This document shows positions 28,827-39,532 of a stretch of 64,000 nt of DNA, in pieces. Source of the DNA: Terriglobia bacterium (GTDB taxonomy: Bacteria; Acidobacteriota; Terriglobia; 2-12-FULL-54-10); contig CAXVYR010000004.1 of the NCBI GenBank assembly GCA_963666975.2, forward strand, positions 2,272,001 to 2,336,000. The letters are read 5' to 3'. The notes under the pieces are model-generated. The model was given only the letters and a program-made list of their open reading frames with translations, ran no database searches and was not told where the DNA came from. Each line of letters opens with the position of its first letter. Positions within the stretch are counted from its first letter, which is position 1. Made by a program: the position numbers and the translations under genes.

Positions 28827-29807
28827 TCACACAAGCACCAAGACGCAGGCAACACAAGCCACAAAGACAGCGGCGGTGGCTGCAATCAGTTTTCCGGCAC
28901 GGATGAAGTCCTGATGGCTGCCGCCCTCCGTGTCGGATTTCTCGCCCAGCCAGACCTCCGTAATCAACCGGCCGCGAAGCCATATGGGACCGGCAAGCCG
29001 GCGTTCGAGCGCTCCGGCGGCGGCGGCTTCGCTCCATCCGGAATTCGGACCCGGCACCACCGCGTGCTGTTGCCAGCCAATGCGCCAAGCCTTCCGGCTG
29101 GAGTAGCCTGGAATTACCGCAGCGGCAATTCCCATCAGCGCCCAGGCCGCACGCGCCGGGACGAAGTGAAGCAGATCGTCCGCGCGAGCGCCAAACCAGC
29201 CGAAGCGCAGGTAGCGAGGCGTCTTAAATCCCACCATCGAATCCATGGTGCTGACTAGCTTCAGAAGAACCACTCCCGGCAATCCGAGCAAGGCGTACCA
29301 GAAGATCGGGCTGATAAACCCATCGACGAGGCCTTCGCTCATGCTCTCGATGGCGGCTCGCCAGCAAGCTGCAGCGTCCATGGAGCCGGTGTCACGGGCG
29401 ACCAGACTGGCAGTGGCCTCGCGGGCCGCCGAGAGGTCGCCGGACTGCGCGGCGCGGTCAATGGCCATCCCGTGCCCCAGCAGGTCGCGGAGCGCAATCA
29501 TGTGGAACAGCACGAACAGATGAAATCCAAAAGCGGCTGCGCGGCTCACATTCGCCAGAACCAGCGCCAGCAGGCTCATGCCCCCCACCCAGATCAGCGA
29601 TAAAATCAAGAAAAGGAGAACCCCGCCAAACCGCCCGTCCAAACCGCCCGCGCGTAGGAGACGTTCCAGCCACCCGAGCGACGCTCCCAGGAGGCGGATG
29701 GGATGCCATCGGTAGACCGGATCTCCGAGAATCGCATCGGCGCCCACCGCCGCCAGCAACAGCAGCGCGCCGGGTTGGAGAACGCTCAGGTCCACTTGGT
29801 TTTCCAC
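28827..29807 (-). CDS. cbiB: Adenosylcobinamide-phosphate synthase (CbiB/CobD)
   Basis: GDP...HPI, LVARDT, AAIES.SE..VDG, STMDSMVG, ARADDLL.FVPAR, PNSGWSEA. Confidence 0.93.
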   Translation of the reverse strand: MENQVDLSVLQPGALLLLAAVGADAILGDPVYRWHPIRLLGASLGWLERLLRAGGLDGRFGGVLLFLILSLIWVGGMSLLALVLANVSRAAAFGFHLFVLFHMIALRDLLGHGMAIDRAAQSGDLSAAREATASLVARDTGSMDAAACWRAAIESMSEGLVDGFISPIFWYALLGLPGVVLLKLVSTMDSMVGFKTPRYLRFGWFGARADDLLHFVPARAAWALMGIAAAVIPGYSSRKAWRIGWQQHAVVPGPNSGWSEAAAAGALERRLAGPIWLRGRLITEVWLGEKSDTEGGSHQDFIRAGKLIAATAAVFVACVACVLVLV

Positions 29808-30940
29808 CCCAGGGCAAGGGCTTCGACCACCGCCGCGGCCGGGTCTTGTTCATCGACGGAAAGCTGCCTCCAATAGTCCGCCCAACGATCGGGTTTGGCG
29901 GCCAGCGCACTGGCGATGTTCGCCGCCTGTTGCCGGAGAACCTCCCTGGCGAGCCCGGAAGGAATCGTTCCGTAGCTCACGCGGTCAAGCACGGCAGCGA
30001 AGGCGTAGGCGCAGGCAGCCACCTGCGGATCGTAAAAAACAGCTTTGTCATTTTGCTGCAACAAAGCCATCTCTTGGGATGACAACAACGGAGCGATTCG
30101 CGCCATCAGTTGGTCTCGCGTCAACCCGAAGCGTCTTAAGGCATGAAAGATGCTCCTGGTGTAGGACGCCTCAAGACCGTTCTGCCAGCGGAGAGCCTCT
30201 TTAGTGGCTTCGAGCACTGCACGGCCAATCATCTCGCCGAGCTTGCCGTGCTGGCTGGTCGATTCCTTCGGCGTTCTGTTCTTGTCCAGGGGCGCGGCAA
30301 TCGAGTATTGGTCCGTGCCCGTGCCGGTTGCCAGGTGTTGCGAGTAGCGGCTCGATACGGCCAGCTCTTGCAGCGCGGCGGACTTTGCCTCAGTCATCGT
30401 GACCACCGCGCGCGCCTGAGCCGCCGGAGTCAGCGGCCAGTTGAAAAACAGCATGGTGTTGATCGTGCCGGTGTGGGCGTGGAGCTTTTGCCATCCGCTG
30501 CCGGTCTCAACCCAATGGGCCGGGTCGCCGGCGCGAACGGCGTTTCCCTCCACTCCCGCTGTGACTACGGCGTCGACGGCGAGTTCCTCATAACTTTCAT
30601 TCCGGTGGACGGCGTAGCGCATGTTCGCCGCCGTTCCCATCAGCGCCACCTCATCGGGAGGGAGGCCCAGTTCCTCGCAGACTTGGTTGTGGTAACCGAG
30701 CTGGCCCAGCTCGCCGAGCAGGACATGACGCGCGGCATGGCCCGCGCCTTCGCAACTTTGATGATTGACTACATACCGGACGGACTCACTCTGCCCGCCG
30801 CCGTGGGCAGAGGTGCTGAGCACACGGTGAGCCTCCTGCAACTCGCCCAGCAGGAACCGCCCGCTACGGTGGACAGCGAAGCCGCTGCCTTGGCAGATCA
30901 TTTCATAACCAGCCTTGTCGATCATCATGGTGTCATCCAT
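29786..30940 (-). CDS. cbiZ: Adenosylcobinamide amidohydrolase
   Basis: VLSTS..GG, GTAANM, VVTAGVEGNA.RAG, GTIN, TMTEAKSAALQEL, ATGTGTD, HGKLGE. Confidence 0.92.
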   Translation of the reverse strand: MDDTMMIDKAGYEMICQGSGFAVHRSGRFLLGELQEAHRVLSTSAHGGGQSESVRYVVNHQSCEGAGHAARHVLLGELGQLGYHNQVCEELGLPPDEVALMGTAANMRYAVHRNESYEELAVDAVVTAGVEGNAVRAGDPAHWVETGSGWQKLHAHTGTINTMLFFNWPLTPAAQARAVVTMTEAKSAALQELAVSSRYSQHLATGTGTDQYSIAAPLDKNRTPKESTSQHGKLGEMIGRAVLEATKEALRWQNGLEASYTRSIFHALRRFGLTRDQLMARIAPLLSSQEMALLQQNDKAVFYDPQVAACAYAFAAVLDRVSYGTIPSGLAREVLRQQAANIASALAAKPDRWADYWRQLSVDEQDPAAAVVEALALGWKTKWT

Positions 30941-31096
30941 AGGGTGTCATCCATAGCGGTTGATTCACAGGTTGATTCGGACCGACTTGCCGGAGTCCAG
31001 TATGATGCACCACGTTCGAGTTCACGCTGGAAATTTTCAAATTCAGTTTGGGGCTTGACACCGGGATCGGTCTCACTGTAGCCTTGCGTCGATTGA

Positions 31097-31278
31097 CCTT
31101 GGGCGCCCGCTTTGGGCCCAAAAGGGAATTCCGGTGAGAAACCGGAGCGGTCCCGCCACTGTGAGTGTCGAGCTAGACCCAAGAAAGCCACTCGGATCAC
31201 GGATCCGGGGAAGGCTGGGTCAGCGTTGATGGGATTTATATCCCGTCTGAAGCCACGAGCCAGGACACCTGCCCAGGG
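31097..31278 (+). promoter_or_regulatory. Cobalamin riboswitch
   Basis: P1 CCTTGGGC/GCCCAGGG; AAAAGGGAAT.CCGGTG.GAA.CCGG.GCGGTCCCGCCACTGTGA; GCCACT; GGGAAGG; B12 box GAGCCAGGACACCTGCC. Confidence 0.95.
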
Positions 31279-31653
31279 TGGAAGAGGCATGTTTTCCGCG
31301 AGGAGACGGACGAGTTGCCTGCAGCCAGCCCTTATCAGAATCACGACGCCGAGACACCTGCCCGACCGAAGGCAAGCTTTCTTGTCTCAGCGCACCGCTC
31401 TGTTCCTGGCTCTTGCATCCCTTTCCATCGGTTTATTCCCACGGCGATTTAGCCCCACGGTGAACCCCGCGCGGTAACGCGTGATCCTCGGTGACGTGCC
31501 TCCCCGGTCAAAACCCTGATGGGTTTGAGAGATGTGGTTATTGCGAGATGTGGCCATTGAGAGGTGTGACCACTGAAGATGGCAGCGAAGATGGCCACCA
31601 TACGCGGTAACACCCGTCCGGCACTCACACGAAGGGATTTGGTGGATAGAGGC

Positions 31654-34107
31654 ATGCAAATGAAGAAACGTATTGTTGGAACGATGGTTGGAGTGATCAG
31701 TTTTGTTTTCCTATATTCGGCGCTCCTAGGGGCGCAGTCTGCCACCGGTGTCCATGGCAGGGTAACTGATCCCGACGGGGGTGCCGTGCCCAGAGCGATG
31801 GTGCGCCTCTATTCGCGCAACAGCGGCGCAGCCATCACCACCCGGAGCGATGAAAGCGGAGCGTATCGCCTGGAAGCCATTGCTCCCGGCGAGTATTTGC
31901 TCGAAGCCGAAGATCAGAGTTCGATGCTGGCGGTTTCGGAAGGTATTTTGCTTTGGCCCGGTGATGATCTCAATCACAACATTGAGTTGAAAATTCGCAG
32001 CCTGCGCACCGAAGTGCTCGTCACCGCGTCGAGCACGCCGCTGCCGCTGGACGAGGTGGCCAAGGCTACAGACGTTGTGGACGGCAGCCAGATCAGCCGC
32101 CGCGCGGAGTTTTCCCTTGCCGAAGCCATTCGGAACGTTCCCGGCGTGCGCGTGCAGCAGAACAGCGGGCCGGGCAGTCTCACATCCATCCAGACCCGTG
32201 GCATGCGGAACCAAGACACCGCAGTGCTGATCGACGGGCTGCGCTTCCGGGACGCGGCCAGCATCGGAGGAGACGCGACGGCGTTTTTGGCGGATATGAT
32301 GCTCCTCGATACAGACCGGATTGAAATCGTTCGCGGCTCGGGGGCGTCACTCTATGGCTCGAACGCCATGGGGGGCGTCGTCAACGTCGTCTCCGAACAG
32401 GGCGGCGGAAAGACCCACGGGGAGATTTCGGTCGAGGGCGGCCAACTCGGCATGTTTCGGGGCGCGGCGCGTATCGGCGGCGGGATCGGCGATTTCGACA
32501 GCTTTGTTTACAGCGCCGGGATCACGCATCTCAACGTCACCCAGGGAGTCGATGATTTTGATCCTTATCGCAATACCAGCGGCCAGGGATTCGCAAAGTA
32601 CAATTTCACACCGAACGTTTCCTTGAGCGGCCGGGTCTGGGCCAGCGACGCCTTCGCAGCTCTGAACGAGAGCACCACGTTTACCGATGCAATTCTCGCC
32701 AACCATCCCGCCGGCGGCGTGATCCCAGCCATCGGACTTTCTGATCAGGAACGAAAGCGCTTCGAGCGGGGCGAGCCGTTCAGTCCGGGGAACGCCACGT
32801 TTATCCCTGCCTACAACGATCCGGACAATCACCGCGCGGCTTCCTTTTTCTCCGGGGCCGTTATTTTCAACCACAGGCTGGGCCCGAACAGCTCTTATGT
32901 CATCACCTACCATGGCGTCGATACGAGCCGAGCCTTCCGCGACGGACCGGCGGGCCAGGGCCTGTTTGATCCCACCTTCTCGAATGAGAGCCTCTTCGAA
33001 GGCCGCGTCGACACAGTCCAGGCCAGAACCGACAACCGCATCGGGAAAGCGAATCTCGTGAGTGTCGGTTATGAGTTCGAGCGCGAGGAGCACGTCAACG
33101 TCACGACCGACGAGAATCCCGATCCCGTCCTGCGGCCCCTCAGCGGGATCGGGCTCAAACAGCGGAGCCACGCCCTCTTTGTGCAAGATCAAATCCGCCT
33201 GGCCGGCGGACGCTTGCAGATTGCTCTTTCGGGCCGCATCCAGTCGTTCGGTCTGGACACTCCCCGGTTTACCGGCAACGTGAATCCCTATGCAGATGTC
33301 AGTTTGGAATCGCCTCCTGCCGCCTATACCGGCGATGCCGCCATCGCCTACTTTTTTTCAACCACCGGAACCAAGCTCCGGGCGCATTTCGGCAACGCCT
33401 ACCGAGTTCCCTCCGCCTTCAACCGCTTTGGCGGGACCTTCTCTTCTTTTTCCAACTCCTTCAGCTTTTGGGGCGACCCGCGCTTGAGCCCGGAAAGGTC
33501 GGTCGCTTTCGACACAGGCATCGACCAATGGATGTTCAACTCGAAACTGCGGCTGAGCGGGACGCTGTTTTACACCAGCCTGCAAGAGATCATCCTGTTT
33601 GACTTTGGCGTCATTGACGCCTCGACAGACCCCTTTGGCCGTTTCGGGGGGTATCGCAACGGCGGCGGCGGACTGGCTCGCGGCGTGGAGTTCAGCCTCA
33701 CCGCCGCGCCGACATCCGCGACGAGTTTCAACTTCTCCTACACCTACACGAATGCTGACTCCCGCACGCCGACCGTGCCAGGGACGAATTTCTTCAAGGT
33801 CTTGGGCCAGTCGGACCACATGTTTACCTTTACGGCGACCCAGCGCGTGGGACGGCGCATCGATGTCGCTTTCGACCTGTTTGCCGTCAGCGACTACTCT
33901 CAGCGCTTTTTCGGGGCGGACGGACGCTTCGTCTTTGACGGGCCCGTGAAGGCGGACGTGGTCGCAAGCTACACCGTCCCGGTTGCGAATGGAAGTCAGA
34001 TGAAGTTCTATGGGAAGGTCGAAAACGTTTTTGATAATGACTACTTTGAGGGCGGCTTCAACGCGCCGGGCCTCTGGGCCGTCGGCGGAATGAAGTTCAC
34101 TTTCTAG
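31654..34107 (+). CDS. btuB: TonB-dependent corrinoid receptor (BtuB-like) with carboxypeptidase-regulatory-like N-domain
   Basis: EVLVTAS TonB box, AVLIDG, DRIEIVRGSGASLYGSNAMGGVVN, terminal Phe; downstream of the riboswitch. Confidence 0.85.
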   Translation: MQMKKRIVGTMVGVISFVFLYSALLGAQSATGVHGRVTDPDGGAVPRAMVRLYSRNSGAAITTRSDESGAYRLEAIAPGEYLLEAEDQSSMLAVSEGILLWPGDDLNHNIELKIRSLRTEVLVTASSTPLPLDEVAKATDVVDGSQISRRAEFSLAEAIRNVPGVRVQQNSGPGSLTSIQTRGMRNQDTAVLIDGLRFRDAASIGGDATAFLADMMLLDTDRIEIVRGSGASLYGSNAMGGVVNVVSEQGGGKTHGEISVEGGQLGMFRGAARIGGGIGDFDSFVYSAGITHLNVTQGVDDFDPYRNTSGQGFAKYNFTPNVSLSGRVWASDAFAALNESTTFTDAILANHPAGGVIPAIGLSDQERKRFERGEPFSPGNATFIPAYNDPDNHRAASFFSGAVIFNHRLGPNSSYVITYHGVDTSRAFRDGPAGQGLFDPTFSNESLFEGRVDTVQARTDNRIGKANLVSVGYEFEREEHVNVTTDENPDPVLRPLSGIGLKQRSHALFVQDQIRLAGGRLQIALSGRIQSFGLDTPRFTGNVNPYADVSLESPPAAYTGDAAIAYFFSTTGTKLRAHFGNAYRVPSAFNRFGGTFSSFSNSFSFWGDPRLSPERSVAFDTGIDQWMFNSKLRLSGTLFYTSLQEIILFDFGVIDASTDPFGRFGGYRNGGGGLARGVEFSLTAAPTSATSFNFSYTYTNADSRTPTVPGTNFFKVLGQSDHMFTFTATQRVGRRIDVAFDLFAVSDYSQRFFGADGRFVFDGPVKADVVASYTVPVANGSQMKFYGKVENVFDNDYFEGGFNAPGLWAVGGMKFTF

Positions 34108-34134
34108 AGGGCCGGCATTTCGGCAAAATTCCGC

Positions 34135-35142
34135 ATGAGCAATAGGAACCTCAATCCCTCCGCAAACACTAGCCGGGCGTGGCTGCTCGGTTTGATTACG
34201 GTAATCGCCTTCGCTGCGGCTGCGATTTCTGTGATCGGGGACTATGGCGGAAAGCTGCGGCTTGCCCCAGTTCGTCAGACGGCCCGGCGGGAACAAGCAA
34301 CGGGAAGGAGCGAGTTCCCTAGAACCGCGACCGACGCCAGCGACGCCGAGCTGATTCTTCCGGCGCCTCCGCAAAGGATCGCCTCGCAAGCGTTGGCGAC
34401 CGACCATCTTCTTTTTGCCACCGTGCCGCACGAGCGAATTGTCGCCGTCAGCCAGTTCGCCGCCGACTCCAGCTACAGCAATATCGCCAGCATCGTTCGC
34501 CATCTGCCTGTGAAGATTGCCTCCGACACGGAGTCGGTCTTGCGGTTAAGCCCGGACTTGTTTCTCGCATCCCACCGCGCCCGCGCTGACCACGTGGAGC
34601 TGCTTCGGGCGGCAGGCACGCCGGTTTTCCGGGTCAGGACTGTCTACGAGAACTTGGAACAAGTCAAAGAAGCCCTGCGATTGATCGGTTATTTGACCGG
34701 CGAGGACGAAGCCGCCGCCGTCAAAATTGACTGGCTGGAAGAGCAGGTCCGCGCCGCCCAAAGCCTGCGGCCCGCTGACGCGCCGAAGCTCCGCGTGCTG
34801 GTGCTCACGGCGTTTTCCTATAGCTACGGCAAAAGCTCCTTGCTCGGAGACATGATCGAAAAGCTCGGTGCAATCAACGTGGGCAGCGAGCAGGGCCTGG
34901 GCTCCTATGAAAAGATCGGCAGCGAGCAGGTCGCCGCATGGAACCCGGACTGGATCATTTCCGGAGCGAATCCCGGAGAAGAGAAAACGATCCGGCGCAG
35001 GCTGCTCGGCGACGCGGGCGTGGCCGCGACGACCGCAGGGAAAACAGGGCATGTGCTGGTGGTCGAGAACCGCTTCTTCGCCAGTATGTCGCACCATGCG
35101 GTGCATATGATGCGGCAGCTGGCTGAGGCCATGTACCCCTAG
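34135..35142 (+). CDS. btuF: Corrinoid ABC transporter substrate-binding protein (BtuF-like)
   Basis: PQRIAS, ESVLRLSPDL, EQVAAWNPDWII; operon context. Confidence 0.85.
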   Translation: MSNRNLNPSANTSRAWLLGLITVIAFAAAAISVIGDYGGKLRLAPVRQTARREQATGRSEFPRTATDASDAELILPAPPQRIASQALATDHLLFATVPHERIVAVSQFAADSSYSNIASIVRHLPVKIASDTESVLRLSPDLFLASHRARADHVELLRAAGTPVFRVRTVYENLEQVKEALRLIGYLTGEDEAAAVKIDWLEEQVRAAQSLRPADAPKLRVLVLTAFSYSYGKSSLLGDMIEKLGAINVGSEQGLGSYEKIGSEQVAAWNPDWIISGANPGEEKTIRRRLLGDAGVAATTAGKTGHVLVVENRFFASMSHHAVHMMRQLAEAMYP

Positions 35143-35188
35143 AGCAGGGAGGAGCCCGGGGAGGAGCACGGGCCGCCCTGCTTGCGCG

Positions 35189-36367
35189 GTGAACAGGGAA
35201 GGGAACAGGGTTCAGAACATGGATCAAATTGCTAAGGCTCGGGAGCGCCATGCTTTTTCCCCAAATGCTTTGTCCCCAAACATTGGGTCTCCAAAACCTG
35301 GGCCGTTTCACATCGTGGCCGGGCTCCGCCGGAAGGTGGCCCCGTACTTTATATTTATCTCCGCCGTTCTTGTTCTGAGCGCGGTTGCGGGCATCGCCAT
35401 CGGCAGCACACACATCGACTGGACGGTCATCCTGCGCGTTATAGCCGCGCGGCTGCTGCCGGAAGGGTGGATTGATCTCTCACGCGTCAGCGAGGCGGAA
35501 CAGGTGATTGTCTGGCTGATCCGCGTGCCGCGCGTGATTGTGGCCGCCGTCGCCGGAGCAGCGCTGGCCGTGGCTGGAGTCCAGATGCAGGGGCTGTTCC
35601 GCAACCCATTGGCGGAACCGAGCGTCGTCGGGGCCAGTTCGGGCGCGGCGCTCGGAGCCGTCATCGCCTTTGTGACGGCGCTGGCGACGCGGTCGGCGCT
35701 CTGGCTGCCGCTGTTTGCCTTCATCGGCGCATTGCTGGCGTTGTTTCTCGTCTACAGTTTTGCCACGCGCGCCGGGCGCACGCCGACCGCTACGCTTCTT
35801 CTGGCCGGAATCGCCTTGAGCGCGCTCATCGGCGCTATTTCCTCCCTGCTGATCTCGCTCAGCTTTGTCGACTGGGAGGTGGCGGGGAACATCATCTTCT
35901 GGATGATGGGCGGACTCGACAGCCGCACGTGGATCCACGTTTGGATCTCAGCGCCGTTTGTTGCCGCCGGTATTCTGGCCGCCTTGTGGTTCCATCGCGA
36001 TCTGGACATGCTGTTGGCGGGCGAGGAAACATCCGCCACGCTCGGCGTCGAGGTCGAAACGGCCAAGCGCATCATTTTGACCGCCGCTGCGCTGCTCACC
36101 GGCTCGGCCGTGGCCGTGAGCGGCGTCATCGGATTCGTCGGCCTCATTGTTCCCCATATGATTCGGCTCCTGCTCGGCCCCTCGCATCGCGTGTTGCTGC
36201 CGGCGAGCGCCCTGACGGGAGCAACCTTCCTGATCGCCTGCGATCTGATCGCACGGACGATCCATCCCCCCACGGAGATTCGCCTGGGAATCATCACGGC
36301 CGTGTTCGGCGCGCCCTTCTTTCTTTACCTGCTCCGGCAGCGGCGGAAGGAGATCGGTTACCTGTGA
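35189..36367 (+). CDS. btuC: FecCD/BtuC-family ABC permease
   Basis: IRVPRV, MQGLFRNPLAEP..VG.SSGA, GVIGFVGLIVPH, GAPFFLYLL. Confidence 0.92.
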   Translation: MNREGNRVQNMDQIAKARERHAFSPNALSPNIGSPKPGPFHIVAGLRRKVAPYFIFISAVLVLSAVAGIAIGSTHIDWTVILRVIAARLLPEGWIDLSRVSEAEQVIVWLIRVPRVIVAAVAGAALAVAGVQMQGLFRNPLAEPSVVGASSGAALGAVIAFVTALATRSALWLPLFAFIGALLALFLVYSFATRAGRTPTATLLLAGIALSALIGAISSLLISLSFVDWEVAGNIIFWMMGGLDSRTWIHVWISAPFVAAGILAALWFHRDLDMLLAGEETSATLGVEVETAKRIILTAAALLTGSAVAVSGVIGFVGLIVPHMIRLLLGPSHRVLLPASALTGATFLIACDLIARTIHPPTEIRLGIITAVFGAPFFLYLLRQRRKEIGYL

Positions 36368-37179
36368 ACCGTTTAGAGCTGCAACAGGCAGGGATAGCGA
36401 TGGAGGACGCCTGGCTCGTTCGTGGCGTTACGCTAGGGCTGGAGGCCGGCCGGTTGACGGCGCTCATCGGCATGAACGGCTCCGGGAAATCGACGATTCT
36501 TCGCCTGCTGGCCGGGCTGTGGCGTCCGACCGAAGGGCAGGCCCGGCTTGACGGCCAGCCACTCCACATGCTTTCCCGGCGCGAGATTGCGAAACAAGTG
36601 ACGTTCGTAGCCCAGGACGAGCGCCTCGATTTCGCCTTTACCGTCCAAGACGTGGTTGCCATGGGACGACACCCCCACCTGGGCCGTTTCAGCCGCGAGG
36701 GTCGTGAGGACCGCCAGGCGATCCATGACGCCCTGGAGTGCGCCGATGTTGCCCATCTCGCCGGGCGTTTTGCGAACGAACTCTCTGGCGGTGAGAAAAA
36801 GCGCGTTCTGCTGGCGAGAAGTTTGGCTACGCAGGCAGACATCATCCTGCTCGACGAGCCGACCTCCCACCTCGACGTGGAGCATGCGCTGGAGATACTT
36901 GAACTCTGCCGCAGGCTGTCGGAAGCGGGCAAGACGATTGCGATAGCCATCCACGACCTGAACGCCGTGAGCCGGTTCGCGGACCGTGTGGCCGTTGTTC
37001 ATCAGGGCCGGCTGCACTCGGTGGACGACTCGGCTCGGATACTTACGAGCGAAACCATCGAGAAAGTCTTTGGCGTCGAGGCCGAGCAGGCGCGAACGCC
37101 GAGCGGGGAGAGCGTTTTCATCTTTCATCGGCACATCTCATCGGCATCTGCCTCCGTCACCGCTAAACCGCCGAAGTGA
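36364..37179 (+). CDS. btuD: ABC transporter ATP-binding protein (BtuD/FepC-like)
   Basis: GTG at 36364 overlaps the permease stop; GMNGSGKST, LSGGEKKR, LLDEPTSHLD, HDLN. Confidence 0.92.
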   Translation: MNRLELQQAGIAMEDAWLVRGVTLGLEAGRLTALIGMNGSGKSTILRLLAGLWRPTEGQARLDGQPLHMLSRREIAKQVTFVAQDERLDFAFTVQDVVAMGRHPHLGRFSREGREDRQAIHDALECADVAHLAGRFANELSGGEKKRVLLARSLATQADIILLDEPTSHLDVEHALEILELCRRLSEAGKTIAIAIHDLNAVSRFADRVAVVHQGRLHSVDDSARILTSETIEKVFGVEAEQARTPSGESVFIFHRHISSASASVTAKPPK

Positions 37180-37247
37180 AATAGCCATCGGGATGGCGTA
37201 ACGGAAAGCTGACGAGTTTTGGCAGGCGCCGACTCGGTTCTCCACAT

Positions 37248-38690
37248 ATGTCTGCGAAGCGAATCCTGATTGGAGGTACAGCCTCCCACGTTGGCAAAAG
37301 CTGGATGGCGACCGCCCTCTGCGCATGGCTGCGATGGCGCGGCGTTCGCGCAGCCCCGTTCAAGGCGCAGAATATGTCCAACAATTCCTACCCTTGCCCG
37401 GAAGGAGGCGAGATTGGCCGTGCCCAAGTTGCCCAGGCCGAGGCCTGCGGTCTGAAACCCTCGGTGGATATGAACCCGATTCTGCTCAAGCCCTCCGGTG
37501 AGACGGGATCACAGGCAGTCATCCAGGGAAAGGTTTGGAAGACGCTTTCGGCATGGGAGTATTATGAGCACCATGAGTTTCTGGCGTCGAAGGTGCAAGA
37601 ATCTTTTGACCGTCTCGCTTCCCGTTACGAGTTCATCGTGATCGAAGGGGCCGGAAGTCTGGCGGAGTTGAACCTCCGGCGGACCGACATCGTTAATATG
37701 GGCCTCGCCCGAAAGCTCCAGGCTCCGGTGCTGCTGGTTGCCGACATCGACCGCGGCGGCGTCTTTGCCGCTGTCTATGGCACGATCGCTTTGCTCGAAC
37801 CAGGCGAAGCCACGCTCCTGAAGGCTTTCGCCGTAAACCGGTTTCGCGGCGACCCGGCGCTGTTTGCATCCGGAGCCCGTCTGCTGGAGGCCAAGACCGG
37901 CAAACCCTGTCTCGGCGTTTTTCCATATGCCGGCGATATTCGGCTGGACGAAGAAGACAGTGTCGCGCTCGATTCTCCTGCATTCGATGCTCCAGCCCTC
38001 GGTTCCTCGAAGCAGGTTTCCCTCGATGCTCCGAGCGTCGCCATCGCCATCCTGCGCCTGCCTCGCGTCTCCAATCTCACCGACTTCCGGCTGCTGCGGT
38101 GGGCCGAATGGATTGATCGTCCATGTAAGCGCCAGTACGGCGTCGTCATCCTGCCGGGAACCAAGAACACGGTCTCCGATCTTGCCTGGATGCGCCGTCA
38201 CGGGCTCGACGGCTGGGTTCGGGAACAGCACGCGGGGGGCGCGTTGGTGATTGGAATCTGCGGCGGATATCAAATTCTGGGAGAGCGAATCGAGGACCCC
38301 CGGCAGGTGGAATCCGAACAGAAGAGTGTGCCCGGTTTAGGTCTTCTGCCCGTGGTGACCACACTGCGCGAGACCAAGACCACCGAGGCCGTGGAAGCCG
38401 TTACTGCGAAGGGAATCCGGTTCCGTGCATACGAGATTCATATGGGCGAGACGGAGAAGCTGTCACGGGCGGATTCGTTTGCATCCGTTGATGGACGACC
38501 GGAGGGGGCTCGCCGCGACCGGTGTGTTGGAACCTATCTGCACGGCGCTCTCGAAAACGAGGCTGTGGTCGAAGAACTCACAGGTTTCCGTCCGCCTCCG
38601 GCCCCCCCCAAGTCCCTAACCTATGAGCGGCTCGCCGATTGGTTTGAAGCTGCCGCTGACGTGGAATTTTTTGAAGAGACTTTCCTTTGA
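37248..38690 (+). CDS. cobQ: Cobyric acid synthase (CobQ/CbiP)
   Basis: GTASHVGKS, PFKAQNMSNNS, MNPILLKP, EGAGS, ADIDRGG, GICGGYQ, YEIHMG, GTYLHG. Confidence 0.95.
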   Translation: MSAKRILIGGTASHVGKSWMATALCAWLRWRGVRAAPFKAQNMSNNSYPCPEGGEIGRAQVAQAEACGLKPSVDMNPILLKPSGETGSQAVIQGKVWKTLSAWEYYEHHEFLASKVQESFDRLASRYEFIVIEGAGSLAELNLRRTDIVNMGLARKLQAPVLLVADIDRGGVFAAVYGTIALLEPGEATLLKAFAVNRFRGDPALFASGARLLEAKTGKPCLGVFPYAGDIRLDEEDSVALDSPAFDAPALGSSKQVSLDAPSVAIAILRLPRVSNLTDFRLLRWAEWIDRPCKRQYGVVILPGTKNTVSDLAWMRRHGLDGWVREQHAGGALVIGICGGYQILGERIEDPRQVESEQKSVPGLGLLPVVTTLRETKTTEAVEAVTAKGIRFRAYEIHMGETEKLSRADSFASVDGRPEGARRDRCVGTYLHGALENEAVVEELTGFRPPPAPPKSLTYERLADWFEAAADVEFFEETFL

Positions 38691-39235
38691 GAAAGAAGAC
38701 AGGAAGTCCTTGGGATCAGCAAAACAATCTGACAAAAAAGACCCTCCGATGAACTTGAGAGCAGCATCAACGAATACGAGCCCTGCACCATCATGTAAAC
38801 TGATTAGAAGCTCTTGTTCTGCCATTTTGTTCGTAAATTTAATCGGCGTTTTCATACCTTATGGCGACTTCAGCCATTTCGATCCTGGACTGAATCGGTC
38901 GCACGGTTCTCGGCTGAGGCAATGCCACGATGTATGGATATTTTACTGCGCCTGTTCCATTCCATGACGACCACACTCCGTTCCTATACTTTGCACACGG
39001 CTGGCCGTCGCCGGAAGCAATAATGCACGCCAGCACCATCTTAAAGACAAAAACACTCACGTTTCTTCCGTCCAAATCAAAATTGAACGGCATGGGGAAG
39101 CTGGCTCCATGGACCCGCAGAATTGACCATCGCGCCGGTAGCTTTCAATGCCGCTGTTAGGCTTTCACCTTCCTTTGAAACTATCGGCAAAAGAAATTTG
39201 GCCATGAGTTCCCATCCTGTAAAAAAATGAACCAT

Positions 39236-39511
39236 TAGACCGTTTTTGTGGATTGTATATCCCGTCAGGGCACGGCTTCAGCCGTGCCGAAACGATCTCC
39301 AGGCAAGTGCGCTTTAGCGCCTGAGGTGAGTCTCGAACCCTGCGTGTTTCAGCGATTTAACTTCGATCTCAGCGGCTGAAGCCGCTGTCGTGATCCGGGT
39401 GGCGGCACGGAAAGACACCCCAACATGCTGACAGCGGCGCGCTGGGGGCCCCGTCAAACCGTGCCCTGAGGAGAGCGTAATACGGGATACACAAACTCTG
39501 AAACAGGTCTA
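39236..39511. mobile_element. MITE-like element containing REP palindromes
   Basis: Imperfect TIRs of about 30 bp: TAGACCGTTTTTGTGGATTGTATATCCCGT and ACGGGATACACAAACTCTGAAACAGGTCTA. Inner GGCACGGCTTCAGCCGTGCC and GCGGCTGAAGCCGC. Confidence 0.7.
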
Positions 39512-39532
39512 GCTGTACAAGCTTTTTTCCAG

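Noticed and set aside
38690-39200. Short AT-rich minus-strand ORFs
   Set aside because: Possibly gene debris, but no motif I can assign.
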